Assembly (NCBI GenBank): GCA_964016885.1 | Contig: OZ024741.1 | Span: 225,928,001 to 225,992,000 of the forward strand | From: Eledone cirrhosa | Taxonomy: Eukaryota | Direction: 5' to 3' | DNA: 64,000 nt | Part shown: one piece after another, positions 11,857 through 24,494 of the stretch | Position numbering within the stretch: the first letter of the stretch is position 1 | Layout of the letters: every line of letters starts with the position of its first letter | Program-made: the position numbers and the translations under genes | Notes under the pieces: model-generated | What the model saw: only the letters and a program-made list of their open reading frames with translations | What the model was told of the DNA's origin: nothing | Databases searched by the model: none

Positions 11857-12304
11857 TATATATATATATATATTCACATTTTCGGGACAGTGTGAGATTT
11901 TCTTTAGAACTACTGGACTAACAACCTAGCAGCTCCCTCAAACACTGATGGTGATTATCGCTAAATATTAATGTTGATTTGGTTATCCATATTGATATGA
12001 TTGGGTTACCCACTGAAGATTTGTAAGAGCCCACTTGAATAAGTATCTGTTGATCTTATACACGCTTCTACATAACTTGGTATATTTTCACCCAACTTGT
12101 AGAAATCTTATAATGAAAAGAGTCGTCTGGGAAATGATATATTTGATATATCTCATATGAAATTATACAGCCAATTATCCACACAATACAATATAGTTAG
12201 CACCCCAAACGTTTAATTGGGAATATACTCAGGTATTTCCTAATGTTTGTTGAGTGAGTTGCAATTTGGCCGGAGTATCGCTATTAGCTTTCTCCGATTA
12301 TGTA

Positions 12305-12382
<78 letters not shown>

Positions 12383-12387
<5 letters not shown>

Positions 12388-12480
12388 GTTTCTACTATTG
12401 GTACAAGACCAGCGATTAGACCAGTGCATTACTGGTACTTTATATTATCGACCCTGTAAGGATGAAAGGCAAAGTTAACA
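12383..12480 (-). mobile_element. SINE 3' fragment
   Basis: Reverse complement of family core and tail. Confidence 0.85.
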
Positions 12481-12497
12481 TTGTATTATTATATATA

Positions 12498-13175
12498 CTA
12501 GCAGAAAAACCACCTTTCGGGTGGTTTTCTGCCAGCATGTGTAGTGTATATATTGATATTATACGCAAGTATATATGCATGTAGATATGATACATCAAAT
12601 AAAATCGTAATTGACAATATACACAGAAATTGAACGAAGACTGTGTTACACTGTCTTATGTAATCAGTAACGTAATCCATGATACATTAAAAAAAGACGA
12701 TATAAACTGCATTAGGAGAAAATTAGTGACAGAAATATATGAATGCTTATTTAAACGATGACTAACAGGAAGTATTGATATTTGAAAATGTTAAAGAATT
12801 GAATCTTTAAATAAGTAATAACATATATTTAAGGAACAGCCACGAAATTTAGTGAATCAAATATGTAATATGCATTAATTATTTATTCAAAGTGTCGGTA
12901 GATTGGCAGTATCGGTAGAGGGTTGGACGCCATGCTTTGACGCATAGAGTTACGGCCTTGCCATTCTGAGTTCAAAGCCCGCCGAGGTTAACTTTGCCTT
13001 TCATCCTTACGGGGTCGATAAAATAAAGCACAAGTAATGCACTGGGTAATTGCTGGCCTTGTGCCAAAAAGTAGAAACAATTATTTATTCAAAGTAATCC
13101 AACTTATTTTACTAAGGGGAGAAAAAATTATAAACCGTACGCAGTCCCGCGCTTCTTACTTTATTATAGTTTAGA
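12498..13175 (-). mobile_element. Non-autonomous Helitron with a nested SINE
   Basis: Minus strand starts a|TCtaaactataataaa; ends with hairpin gcagaaaaccacccgaaaggtggtttttctg + CTAG|t. Confidence 0.65.
12895..13085 (+). mobile_element. tRNA-derived SINE
   Basis: Full-length family match. Confidence 0.9.
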
Positions 13176-13184
13176 TATAATAAT

Positions 13185-13373
13185 GGTTTCCTATATAGGC
13201 ACAAGGCCAACAATTACACAGTACATTACTGGTACTTTATTTTATCAACCCCGTAAGGATGAAAGGCAAAGTTAACCTCGGCGAGTTTTGAACTCAGACC
13301 ATGAAGGGACGTAGCAAAGATTGCTGCAAAGCATGACGTCAGAGCCTCTACCGATACTACCAACCCCCACCCT
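13185..13373 (-). mobile_element. tRNA-derived SINE with 18-bp TSD
   Basis: TSD tagtttagatataataat at 13167-13184 and 13374-13391. Confidence 0.9.
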
Positions 13374-13388
13374 TAGTTTAGATATAAT

Positions 13389-13692
13389 AATACATGACAA
13401 TTTGTTAAGCCTTCATTACGTTTATTGATTGGTGACGCACGTTTCGCTATTGATCAGCTCAAGGTTCTATCTGTATCGATCTGACCTCTGTGATAATGAT
13501 GCCAGAATGAATATACAAGGCATATAAATGTCTCAAGTTTCGCGTTCATATGTTGGGCAGTTTATGTCCGACGAGTTTTGGATTCTAGAGTCGGGTCAGA
13601 TCGATACAGATCGAACCTTGTGCTGATCAATAGAGAAACGGAAGATATCAATCAAAAACGTAATGAAGGCTTAACAAATAGTCCTTGTATTA
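13389..13692. repeat. Old ~100-bp inverted repeat with ~105-bp spacer (probable inverted pLTR)
   Basis: tttgttaagccttcattacg...tgtatcgatctgacc versus ggtcagatcgataca...cgtaatgaaggcttaacaaa, several mismatches. Confidence 0.8.
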
Positions 13693-13790
13693 TATTATAT
13701 TACTCTGTCTAGCTCTACACCTCGCCACTGACGGGAACCTAAACATCGAGTGCACACATGGGTGAACCCACAGTCACTTCACGTTACACT

Positions 13791-14080
<290 letters not shown>

Positions 14081-15238
14081 TACTTCAACATTTGTAGCAA
14101 CTGCTGACCTGACCATTCTGTGCCATTATTCGTAGCTTGTTACTAACTATTACAATGTGCATCCTGTCCCATTTCATTACATAAGAATCAAGTGATCGAA
14201 CGGTATCCTGTCACACCATAACTGCATGTATTCCTAAAATCTTTAGCCAAAGGATGGTACATATTTCCAAGTAGTCATACTCTATTGGCAGTCACAAATC
14301 AATAATCAAGAAACACTATTGGTTATTTTCAAGTCAGTACATACCCTGGTTCAGTAACTATTAAGAACCCCTGGTGTTTCCCTTCCATGCAAAACGCTTG
14401 ATTCTCTATGCTTCTGTTAATCTACTGTTGATAATTGCTTATAACTCTCTACAATGCCACCTAGTAAAATTTGGCTGATTTCCCTGTATTTGATTATGTC
14501 TACCTGATCAGAGCTTACCTCAATATTAAACAGCAATCTAAAAAAAACAAAACAAAATAGTAATAAACAGTGCGACTAAAGTGATCTTCAATTTTCTGTG
14601 CATAAGGAGGTTTATTTATTCATATGGAAGTGTTCAAACTTTTAGTATAGTATACGTATAGGTGTAAATAAAAGCGGCAGATTGTTACCAACTGATTTGA
14701 CGGTGTAGAGACTGAACTAAAAAATTACCTCCCTGAAAGATATTGCAGAGGAAACTAACACATAGGTCAGAGAAAGATCATGGAAAGGTCAAAACGGTGA
14801 GTATGATATTTCTATATTTTTCTATTCTTTTGTTTCCTCTTATCAGGATGTTGAGAAGTCTGTTAGTTTATATGATAAATATGTAACACCCGTTACATGC
14901 CTTGCATATATAAATAACTGTTACAGAATAGAAGGCTCATATACATATGTGTTGGTCATTCGTCGTTTCAGACGAGGAGTGTTGCAATTGATTCAAAAAT
15001 AGAACAGACTGCTTGTAAAATTAAAGTAATATTAAAAGTCTGTGTAACATTGTAGTACTATCTATTTGTAGGGACACGACAAATATAGAGTAGTAACCCT
15101 ATATTTGTAAGGACAAATATAGGGTTAGTACCTAACACCTTGTGATGATTGTAAAGTGAACATTATATTGTGGCAACGTGACTAATATAGGAAATGCATT
15201 GTGTGTATATCAATGTGTGTACATTTTATAACGTTATA

Positions 15239-15295
<57 letters not shown>

Positions 15296-15298
15296 TAA

Positions 15299-15348
15299 AG
15301 TTTAAGCAAGAATCGCTGCTTTCACCCTTAACGGGATCTTCTGAAACT
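15299..15348 (-). ncRNA. Hammerhead ribozyme with core mutation
   Basis: agttt-CAGAAGA-t.ccc.gttaa.ggg.t-GAAA-gca...tgc-TT-aaact. Confidence 0.65.
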
Positions 15349-15435
15349 AACAAAGTCAATCTGGGAACGCAGAAGTGAATATTTCAAAAAACGTTGCAAC
15401 CGGAGGAAGACAGGAAGACGATACTTCGGTTCGTG

Positions 15436-15702
15436 GAAACGTTCCCTGGCAAAGAACGGGAAAAAACGAATATAATACGTCATTATTTGGAGCAGTGAAA
15501 AACAATTACACGCAAAGACAAAACCACGTGTATGGTATAAAAGAAGTCGTAGACTAATATTCTATTAGGTGGTTCATAGAGACGTTCTCTGGCAATGCAC
15601 GGAAAAACGAAGATAATACGTCATATGTGGAGCGGGGAGAACAATTGCGCGCAAAGACAAACCCACGTAAATGGTATAACTGAAGTCGTAGACTAAAATT
15701 CT
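15436..15702. repeat. ~125-bp diverged direct duplication in the PLE1 3' UTR
   Basis: Both copies end aagtcgtagactaa.attcta. Confidence 0.8.
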
Positions 15703-15958
15703 AACTGGGAAACCGAATGATTCTCGGCTTCAGAGTTAAGAATAAAGTAAATAAAATACAGTGGTAATTGAAATAAATAAATACATACACGCATCCATAT
15801 ACGTACATACACAAGCATACGCGAAAACACTCGCCATAAGTATACAAATATACGCACGTACACGAAAAAACCCCCCCCAAAACCCGCACGCACATACAGA
15901 ACCCACGCAACGCCTGGACCCGCACGCATACGAATGTATACACCAAATACACATAACA

Positions 15959-16014
<56 letters not shown>

Positions 16015-16402
16015 CGTGTATACATATAATTAAATAAACGTATATAAATAAATAAATATGTATATAACAAGCGCGCACACATAACTACATGTAAATAGAC
16101 CTATGTTCGGAAGTACGTCCACCAAAACACGAAGTACACATATACACACACCCTACATACGTACGAACCCGCATACTCACACAGACGCAAAACTCACGTA
16201 TACACATAACCACAATCATATGTACAAGAAAAAATAATATATACACCATAACATATACAATCAACTATACGTACGAGAAAGTATACGTACCTTAACAAAA
16301 CATACAGGTAATATATACTACCTAAGCAAATAAGTAATGGTATAAACATAACATATACTTAGCTACCACATGAAGACGTAAAATATCCGCGTATAGTTCG
16401 TA

Positions 16403-18511
16403 CTATCCGTTAGGGTATAATGTGGGGCTGTAATACAGGAAGGTTTTGTGCAATTTATGTTTACAAGCCGAAATTGCCTCAGATTTTTTGTTTAAGATGT
16501 GGTCTTTGACGTAGAGTATTTCCAGTGCCTCAGCGGTGCAGAGGTCACATGTTCTTTTGTTTCCTTTATACGATCTAGCCCTAGCTAGGATCTCCCAGTG
16601 TAACTTATATTGGGTGTGGTTGTCTTTTAGACTCCAGATATTAGCTGAAAGTGACGTCATATTCCTTCTTAAAGGGGAACGAAAATAATGGGTATGCATG
16701 TAAAAACGCTGCTTGAATCTATTGGCGGTTAACCCTATGTAGGACCTACGGGACGTGGGTGATTCAACCTTACATTTGTAGATAATGTTACTAGAGAGGC
16801 ATTTCCCGGATAGGAGGCAGTCAACCCGATTCCTACAATTACAGTTAGTACTAACTACATGGTTGCACGTGTTCCTACGGCAAGGTAGTTTATCTAAATT
16901 TGAAGCTGTGATGTTATGTGCAAGGTAAGGAGTCGTAGAGTAAGAAATGTTAATAGTATTTCTATTAAAAATTTTACTATATTTATGTTTAGGGGGAAAA
17001 TGCTTCATAATAAGGGAAAGAAAGATCTTAGCTAATCGTGTGGCCACCTCCATATTATATGGTGTGTTATACCATATAATGCGTTGGGATCTATTTCTTC
17101 TAGGTCTATTCTCGTACTTTGTATATGCTACCTTATCGACAAATCCAGTCCGAGCAAGAGCGTCATTGTAATATGTGGAATGGTCATTGAAAATATGCTC
17201 GTTAGTAGATAGACGGGAAAGCCTCAAAGAAACTTTTCTTACCAGGTTCTTGGTTATGTTGGCAGGATGGTTAGAATGCTTACTTATGTAATTAAGTGTA
17301 TCATTCGGCTTTCTATGCGGCTAATGCAAGCCATTCGATAATTTGAGGGTAACGTTGAGGTAATTAACGACGGAGAGGTTGGCTTCAACCTGTATGTAGA
17401 GGTTGAAGCCTTTAAAGAAGGCTGTGAGTTCTTTTCTGAACCTGTCACAAGCACGTGGGCCGCACTTAGTCATGGTCATAAGACCATCATCACGGTACGT
17501 ACCAGCGCCCACTTTGGGAAATTCTTCCTTGATAGAGAAAAGAACAAAAAGGCCGATAAGATCAGTAACTTCCGCAGATTCGCAGGCGCCCATACTCACG
17601 GCGAATGAGGTACTATTAGATTTTTTAATCCAAATAGAGTTGCCGAAATTAATCACCGACTTACGGGCATTGAGGATGACATCAACTTCGAAATCCTTAA
17701 GCACTGTGAGTGTTTTAGGGAAATTGATAGCTCTAAGGAGAAGTGGTAAAGTGATGGAGGAGTAGTAATTATTGATGTCGAATTGGATCAAACGGCAATG
17801 TTCCTTATTGCATATGCCGTTGAACCAATCAATCAACGCGAAAGAATTGTTCCACAGTGCAAGAGGGGCCAAACTTCTAATTTCAGGTATAATTCTATCA
17901 AGAATCCTTTTACTAAGTCTATCTAAATCGGACTTCGTAGGGTTAATAAGCCGAATAGAGGGGTTGTTCGGAAAATTGGATTTGTGATCCTTCAGGCTAA
18001 AGTGGGGCGAAATAGGGTCCAGAGGTTCGGTCCGGTCCAGGTTGTTGAGATTAGGGGTGATTTTAAACCCAGCATCGTTGATTTAATTAATGACGCCCCG
18101 ATTAGTTTTACGGTAATCCTTAGTTACAGCATTATGTAGCAGTTGATGGTAAGTACTGCGCTCCACTTGATATAGATTGCCAGTTTTGTCGGAATGGACG
18201 TATACGGCATTAGAATCCTTAATAGAACAAATTCTATTCTTCAGGTCCTGCTGGAAGGAATTGCTCCGTATGAGTTCCAAGACATCATTTTCGAAGGGTA
18301 GCAATGCTGGGTTACTCGGAGGGTTATTATAAGTTTTAAACCCAAATTTATCCTGTTTGTTGTCTGCTTTTCCCTGATTATCGAAATAAAAGGCACGCCA
18401 ACGCAACCTTTTAATGAACGCGTCTGTTTTCTGTATCAGGAGTTTTAGGTATGTTTTCCTGCTTGGTACGGGTATGTTCTTTCTAGAAATATTCAGATGT
18501 TGTTTCTGCAT
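16403..18511 (-). pseudogene. PLE reverse transcriptase-GIY-YIG endonuclease ORF, disrupted
   Basis: SRKNIP, RLRWRA, SDKTGNLY, QFDINNYYSSI, SMGACESAEVTDLIG, YRDDGL, IIWYN, IIYKC..SYIGLT..FKQR, CDLC motifs split over three ORFs. Confidence 0.92.
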
Positions 18512-18552
18512 GATGAATATAAGTCAATAGAGTGCTCAACCGAGGGAGCCAA

Positions 18553-18724
18553 ATAGTAATAATAATAAATTTGAAGACTAAAATCCAAAGAGGGCTCGAT
18601 AAGGATAAATATATATCAAATATATAAGAACCGTAGAGCAAATGTTTACGGTTCTTATATATTTGATATATATTTATCCTTATCGAGCCCTCTTTGGATT
18701 TTAGTCTTCAAATTTATTACTATT

Positions 18725-18728
<4 letters not shown>
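18553..18728. repeat. ~83-bp fold-back at the PLE1 5' end
   Basis: Arms nearly identical, ~11-nt loop around 18636-18646. Confidence 0.92.
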
Positions 18729-18768
<40 letters not shown>

Positions 18769-19011
18769 AGTGGCATATTATTATGCTTGATATAGGCTTC
18801 AAACCACGCGTCCAATTAAATATTTCAGTGCTAAATTATACACATGGCTATAACTCTTTGCTAAATACTAACCTCTTGCATTCGGCTAGGAAACACGTTA
18901 GTTTAGGTCACATAAGTATTTTGTTGGATTTAATGTCTAAACGAAACAGTTCTAATATGTGTGAACATTTTCCTATCGATAAAAACACATGTATGTTTGT
19001 ATGTATGTATG

Positions 19012-19300
19012 TGGAATTGGCTCAGTGCGCAGTCTTTCCTCACTATAAAAAGAATCTTCACGCACAGGCATTGCACGGTAGCATTAATTAATAATTATTA
19101 ATGCTACCGTGCAATGCCTGTGCGTGAAGATTTGACTTTGCCTTTCATCCTTACAGGGTCGATAAAATAAAGTACCAGTAATGCACTGGGTAATTGCTGG
19201 CCTTGTGCCTAAAGTAGAAACAATTAATTAATAATTATTAATAATGTTACATCGTGCAATGGCTATACTCGATAACGAGTGTGCAGCCATCATGTATGTA
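19012..19300 (+). mobile_element. RTE-tailed non-autonomous element interrupted by a 5'-truncated SINE (19134-19222)
   Basis: Matches 3425-3560; SINE flanked by a 20-bp TSD attaattaataattattaat. Confidence 0.85.
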
Positions 19301-19565
19301 TATGTGTTTGTGTGTGGATGTATGTATGTCTGTACGTATGTATGCATTTATGTCAGGTCGCTCTCCAGAGCTACTACTAACATGCAATCCAGTACAACCT
19401 GTGCATGGTTGCGCTGCCTGTTATGCGTAATTGTTTGCGATGCCTAGCATTGCTGGCCATAGGCAATTCCCTAGCAGGACTAAAATGAAACAACCATGAT
19501 GTTCGTGCTTTAGTATCATTATGGCATTACTCGAAATCGAGTTGTAGCCATTATGTATGTATATG

Positions 19566-19920
19566 TGCGGGGATATAGAAAAGTTCGGGCTGGACACCCG
19601 ATCGCACTGTTAAACCACTGGGAGTGAAGGACCCCTAGCCTTTGTCAGGGCATTCTTCTAGGAAAAAGCAACTCAGGAAACTGGGAAGACTCCGATATAA
19701 AACCTGCGGTTCAGTAGTTACCGATGATGTTGATCTTTTCTTCTTTTCGGGTTATAGCTACTGTCGCTCAGAGAGTGGGATTGGCTCAGTGCACAGTCTT
19801 TCCACACTTTAAAACATATCTTCACGTACAACATTGCACGATAGCATTAATAGATAAATATTAAGAATAGTATATAGTGCAATGGCTATACTCGATAACG
19901 AGGGTCAGCTACCATGTATG
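19566..19920 (+). mobile_element. Non-autonomous RTE-tailed element
   Basis: Colinear with 3209-3560, followed by long (TATG)n/(GATG)n. Confidence 0.8.
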
Positions 19921-20080
19921 TATGTATGTATGTATGTATGTATGTATGTATGTATGTATGTATGTATGTATGTATGTATGGATGGATGGATGGATGGATG
20001 GATGGATGGATGGATGGATGTATGTATGTATGTATGTATGTATGTATGTATGTATGTATGTATGTATGTATGTATGTATG

Positions 20081-20116
<36 letters not shown>

Positions 20117-20117
20117 T

Positions 20118-22045
20118 GTTCTTCTAGTTTTATAATTTCACAAAGTTTTACCAATAGAGAGAGAGTCGGTGTCTAACATAGACACAAGACTCTCTCATTG
20201 GAATTTACACAACATCAACTAGGTAGATATGTATGCATGCATGTGTAGATATGTGTGATGTGTGTTTTGAGTTGTATGTGTGCATGTGTATATGCTTTGT
20301 ATCTGTACATGTGTATATGCAGTTATTAGATGCAACATTTTTGGAATGTTTTAAATATATTTACTGTTCCATTAATGGATTGTACTTGTAATTTCCTATC
20401 TAGTTGTGTTATTTCTGTTCCTGTGAAGCCTAGCTTCTCAAGATTTGTATTGAGGCAGTTACTAACATATCCCAGTGCCCCAATAATCACAGACATAAAT
20501 ATGAAAGTGTAATCAGGGTGGAGTATCTGCAGATTTCTCATCAGTTCTGCATAAATATTCTCCTTTTCACTAATCTTTGATATTATATTGGTATCTGCTG
20601 GGCAGGTAATTTCCACTACTGTGCATGCTTTCTTCTCCCTGTCCCATATCATAATATCTGGTCTGTTATGCCTGCATTTTATTGGGGTTTTTACTGGAAC
20701 ATTCCACCAGTACTCTTTCATATTATGTACATAGATGTCTTCCACATTGCTGTAGCTTTTAATGTGTTTATTATCGGGGCTATCTTTTTTACGAACTGCA
20801 TTATACAGTGTTTTGGCCACTACATCATGCCTCATAGGTAGATAGTACCGCGATGACATCTTTGGACAGCTGCTGATGACATGGGTGATATCCTCGATGT
20901 TAGTTCTGAAGAATCTGCACTTGTTATCACATCTAGGTGTTTTGCCTGCATCCCTATCTCTTTTGTGAATCAGGTATTTCGTGCTAATCTCCTGTTCCTG
21001 GATTGCAAAAGCGTTTCCTTCAAAGTGGGAGCCAATATAGCGGCTGTTGGTCCAAGATAGACTACTTTCCTTATCTATATTACTCTCACTCTGGAGCTTC
21101 CTGGCAACATATCCATGCATGATTTTTTGCTGATAGGCATGCAGTTTTTTATCCATGGATTCACTGCGATACTGCTGAGCGACTTCCCTGGGTGTGAGTT
21201 TTTGATTATCACACGGAATATCTCGCGAGGACTTTCTTCCCAACTCTCATGATCTTATCTGTTTCATGCAGATAGACTTGCTCGAGAAACGGGGTCCTAC
21301 GCTTCGAGGTTCGTAAATGTTATCGGAGAGATATGATGCGACATTCAAATGTTGTCTGGACTGATGTTAGGCCTCTGCCTTCCTGCTTACGTTTCAAGTA
21401 AAGGCGGTCTATGTCAGTGTTGATGTGGAAGTTTCCGGGGTTGTTCAGTATTTTTCGAGTTCCAACATCAACTGCTCGGATTTCGTCTATCGTCCAATTG
21501 AGTATTCCAAACGTTGGTGTTAGCACAGGCACAGCAAACACATTGTGAGACACTGTTTTGTTTTGCGCAGAGAGTTCCGATGACCAGATCTTTCTTAATC
21601 GGGTGTAGTATTCCCTGGTTACGCGTTCTTTATTACAGATACGATTATAGGATATGTTCTCATCTATCCCCAGGTATCTGTAGCAGTCCTCATCAGATAT
21701 CGGTGAAGCAGTTAGGCCATTGATGACGATGTTGCTAGATTAGGTTCTTGTTTTATCCGCTTTACAGTCATGTATGAGCATTTATCTTTGTCAAACTCCA
21801 TTCCTATATCCTTTGAGAACTTTGTAACCAGGTCAAGATTTTTCTTCATCCCATCCATGTTCTTGGCATATAGTTTCAGATCGTCCACAAAGAACTTATG
21901 GGTTAGGTTCGTATTTCTGTCCTCCTGTGAGCCAATGATGTATCCCTCACATTTCTTGAGCAGAAAGGAGAAGGGGTTTAATGACAAGATGAATAATATC
22001 ACAGAGAGGTTGTCCCCCTGAAATATACGCCTGCAATATTTTATT
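20118..22045 (-). mobile_element. 5'-truncated R4/Dong-like non-LTR retrotransposon (RT + restriction-like endonuclease), disrupted
   Basis: GDNLSV.LF.LSLNP, FFVDDLKLYA, GRGL, AIQEQ, CR..EDITHVISSC, RHD, RPDI..D..K...VEI..P, K..Y motifs; (CATA)n on both sides. Confidence 0.88.
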
Positions 22046-22120
22046 TTGTGTATGCATGTATGTATGTATGTATGTATGTATGTATGTATGTATGTATGTA
22101 TGTATGTATGTATGTATGTA

Positions 22121-22705
22121 TCCTCTTCATGCAGACGCCTACGATCTTGTTAGCCACATGGAAGTCCTCCAACTTCTGATGGATTGCTGCTCGGCAGCGT
22201 GGGATGAGTTTGGGCTGACAATCAGCCTGAAACAAACAGTGTTGATGTACCAGCATCCATCCAGAAGGCTATGTATTCCGCAATCCATATTGGTGAAAGC
22301 ATAAACATTAACCTCTGTTGATGTGTTCGTCTCTCTGTGTCATACTCTCAACAGAACCAACACCCTTGAGGAGGAGGTAAGCTGCCGGTTGTCGTCTAAA
22401 GTTTCCGATGCTTTTGGTAAGCTGGACAAGCGCCTGTGGTCACAATCAGATATGAGTATGCGTACGAAAGTTAAATCGTTCCAAGTATGTTTCCTTACAG
22501 CCTTGCTGTATGTATCCGTGACGTGGACAATATAATGCGGACATATCCAGCGCCTTAAATATTTCCACCAACAATGCATTCACTCCATCCTCAAGATCTC
22601 ATGGAGGTTTCATACACCAAACACTGATATCTTGCAGTAGGCCTGTCTGCCAAGCATTTGAGATTCTGGTCATGAAACAGCGTATCCGGGGGTCACGTCA
22701 CATGC
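22121..22705 (+). mobile_element. Decayed RTE LINE RT fragment
   Basis: LQLLMD...FGLTISLKQT..M.Q, AFGKL.KRLW...TK, LLY..TWT, FHQQC..SILKISW. Confidence 0.85.
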
Positions 22706-23388
22706 CACCCATTAACAACAAAATGAATATATATCACGGGTTGTATAATTGTTTCCAGATAATATATTAGTCAATCAAATTACACCACAGCCAATTTTGT
22801 TTCCTATGAATTATTGTGGCTGAGTGCTTACATATACTTATAAGTGTATATAATATATGTGTGGTTATGAGTGTATGTGTGTGTGTGTGTGCATGTGTGC
22901 GTGTGCGCGTGCGTGCGTGTTTGTGTTTGTGTGTATGTGTGTGTGTGTGTGTTTGTGTGTGTTTGTGTGTTTGTGTGTGTGTATTACATGATACCAAGCA
23001 TTCGAGATATTAAATAACTGTTCTGAATAATAGTGGCATTTGTAATTGTTATATTCAGACGGTAGTGAAGAAATAAGCGGTATTCCGGGTTTATCTATCT
23101 ATATCTTACCAAATTTCTGTGATTGTTGCTTGCTTGCTTGTTTGTAATGTAATACAGCCGAAAGGGCGCATAATGAGAAAATACTTTGAATGGAAATTGA
23201 CCCTGAAATGGGAATACAAATGGAATAAAACAAGTTTTGCATAAATCGGACCACAAGTTCCCGAGTTCTGGGGTTTTTCCGGGTACCTTCAGAAACAATG
23301 TGAGAGAGAAAAAGAGGAATAGAGAGAGGCCGAGGAGACAGAGAAGGAGAATGGAAGAGAGAGAGAGAGAGAGAGTTCGCGATGTTGT

Positions 23389-23419
<31 letters not shown>

Positions 23420-23483
23420 GTGAGTGTGTTTATATATATGTGTGTATGTGTGTCTATGACCAGTGTATATAGATCACAGACAC

Positions 23484-23566
<83 letters not shown>

Positions 23567-23959
23567 TACATATATGTATATATCTATACAAACACACATA
23601 TTTATATATATACATACACACACGTGTATATATGGGCCTTCCAGTTTCATTTCACATTATATATATGTATGTGTATATTTTAATTATCTAAAAATTATTT
23701 TTAAGTGAACATTATTTTTAACAATTATTTTGAAGTGAACGTGAGCCAACGAGTCACGGGTGGTCTATTACAATATACTACTAGCATTACTCATACGTTG
23801 CCGTTTTCTTAGGTAATAATGGTTTCTGATTTAGAACCTGTAGTTTGTACTTTGTGTTATAGGTTTGTATTTTCTTACGTAAAAAACTCATAATATAATT
23901 TAGTAAGGAACGACAGGGTCTGTACGGATTCGATGCGGATTGCTACGTAAACCCTGGAA

Positions 23960-24136
23960 ATATCGGTAGAGAGTCGGACACCATGCTTTGAAGCATAGAG
24001 TTACGTCCATTTATGATCTGAGTTCAAATCCCGCCGAGGTTAACTTTGCCTTTCATCCTTACGCGATCGATAAAATAAAGTACCAGTAATGTACTGGTTA
24101 ATTGCTGGCCTTGTGCCCAAAATAGAAACAATTATT
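23960..24136 (+). mobile_element. tRNA-derived SINE
   Basis: Family match, slightly 5'-truncated. Confidence 0.9.
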
Positions 24137-24367
24137 AATTTATAATAAGGGAGAGGGATACGTGGTTTCATTGGTGCACTGGTAGCGTACTTGTCCGGCA
24201 AAAGGTAGATGGTGGTTCAACCACCATCTGTGCTGATGCCCATCTTTTTCCGTAATTATTAAGACCATTTTATTTAGTCAAAGTTACGGCAAAAACTTCT
24301 TATTCAATTTTCTCTTTGTCCTCCTCTCTCTCACTCACTCTCTCTCACTCACTCTCTCTCTCCCTCA

Positions 24368-24494
<127 letters not shown>

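Larger units (their letters stand above)
15293..18728 (-). mobile_element. Near full-length Penelope-like element 1
   Basis: RT and GIY-YIG remnants, hammerhead-bearing 3' end, 5' fold-back, (TA)n at both ends. Confidence 0.92.
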
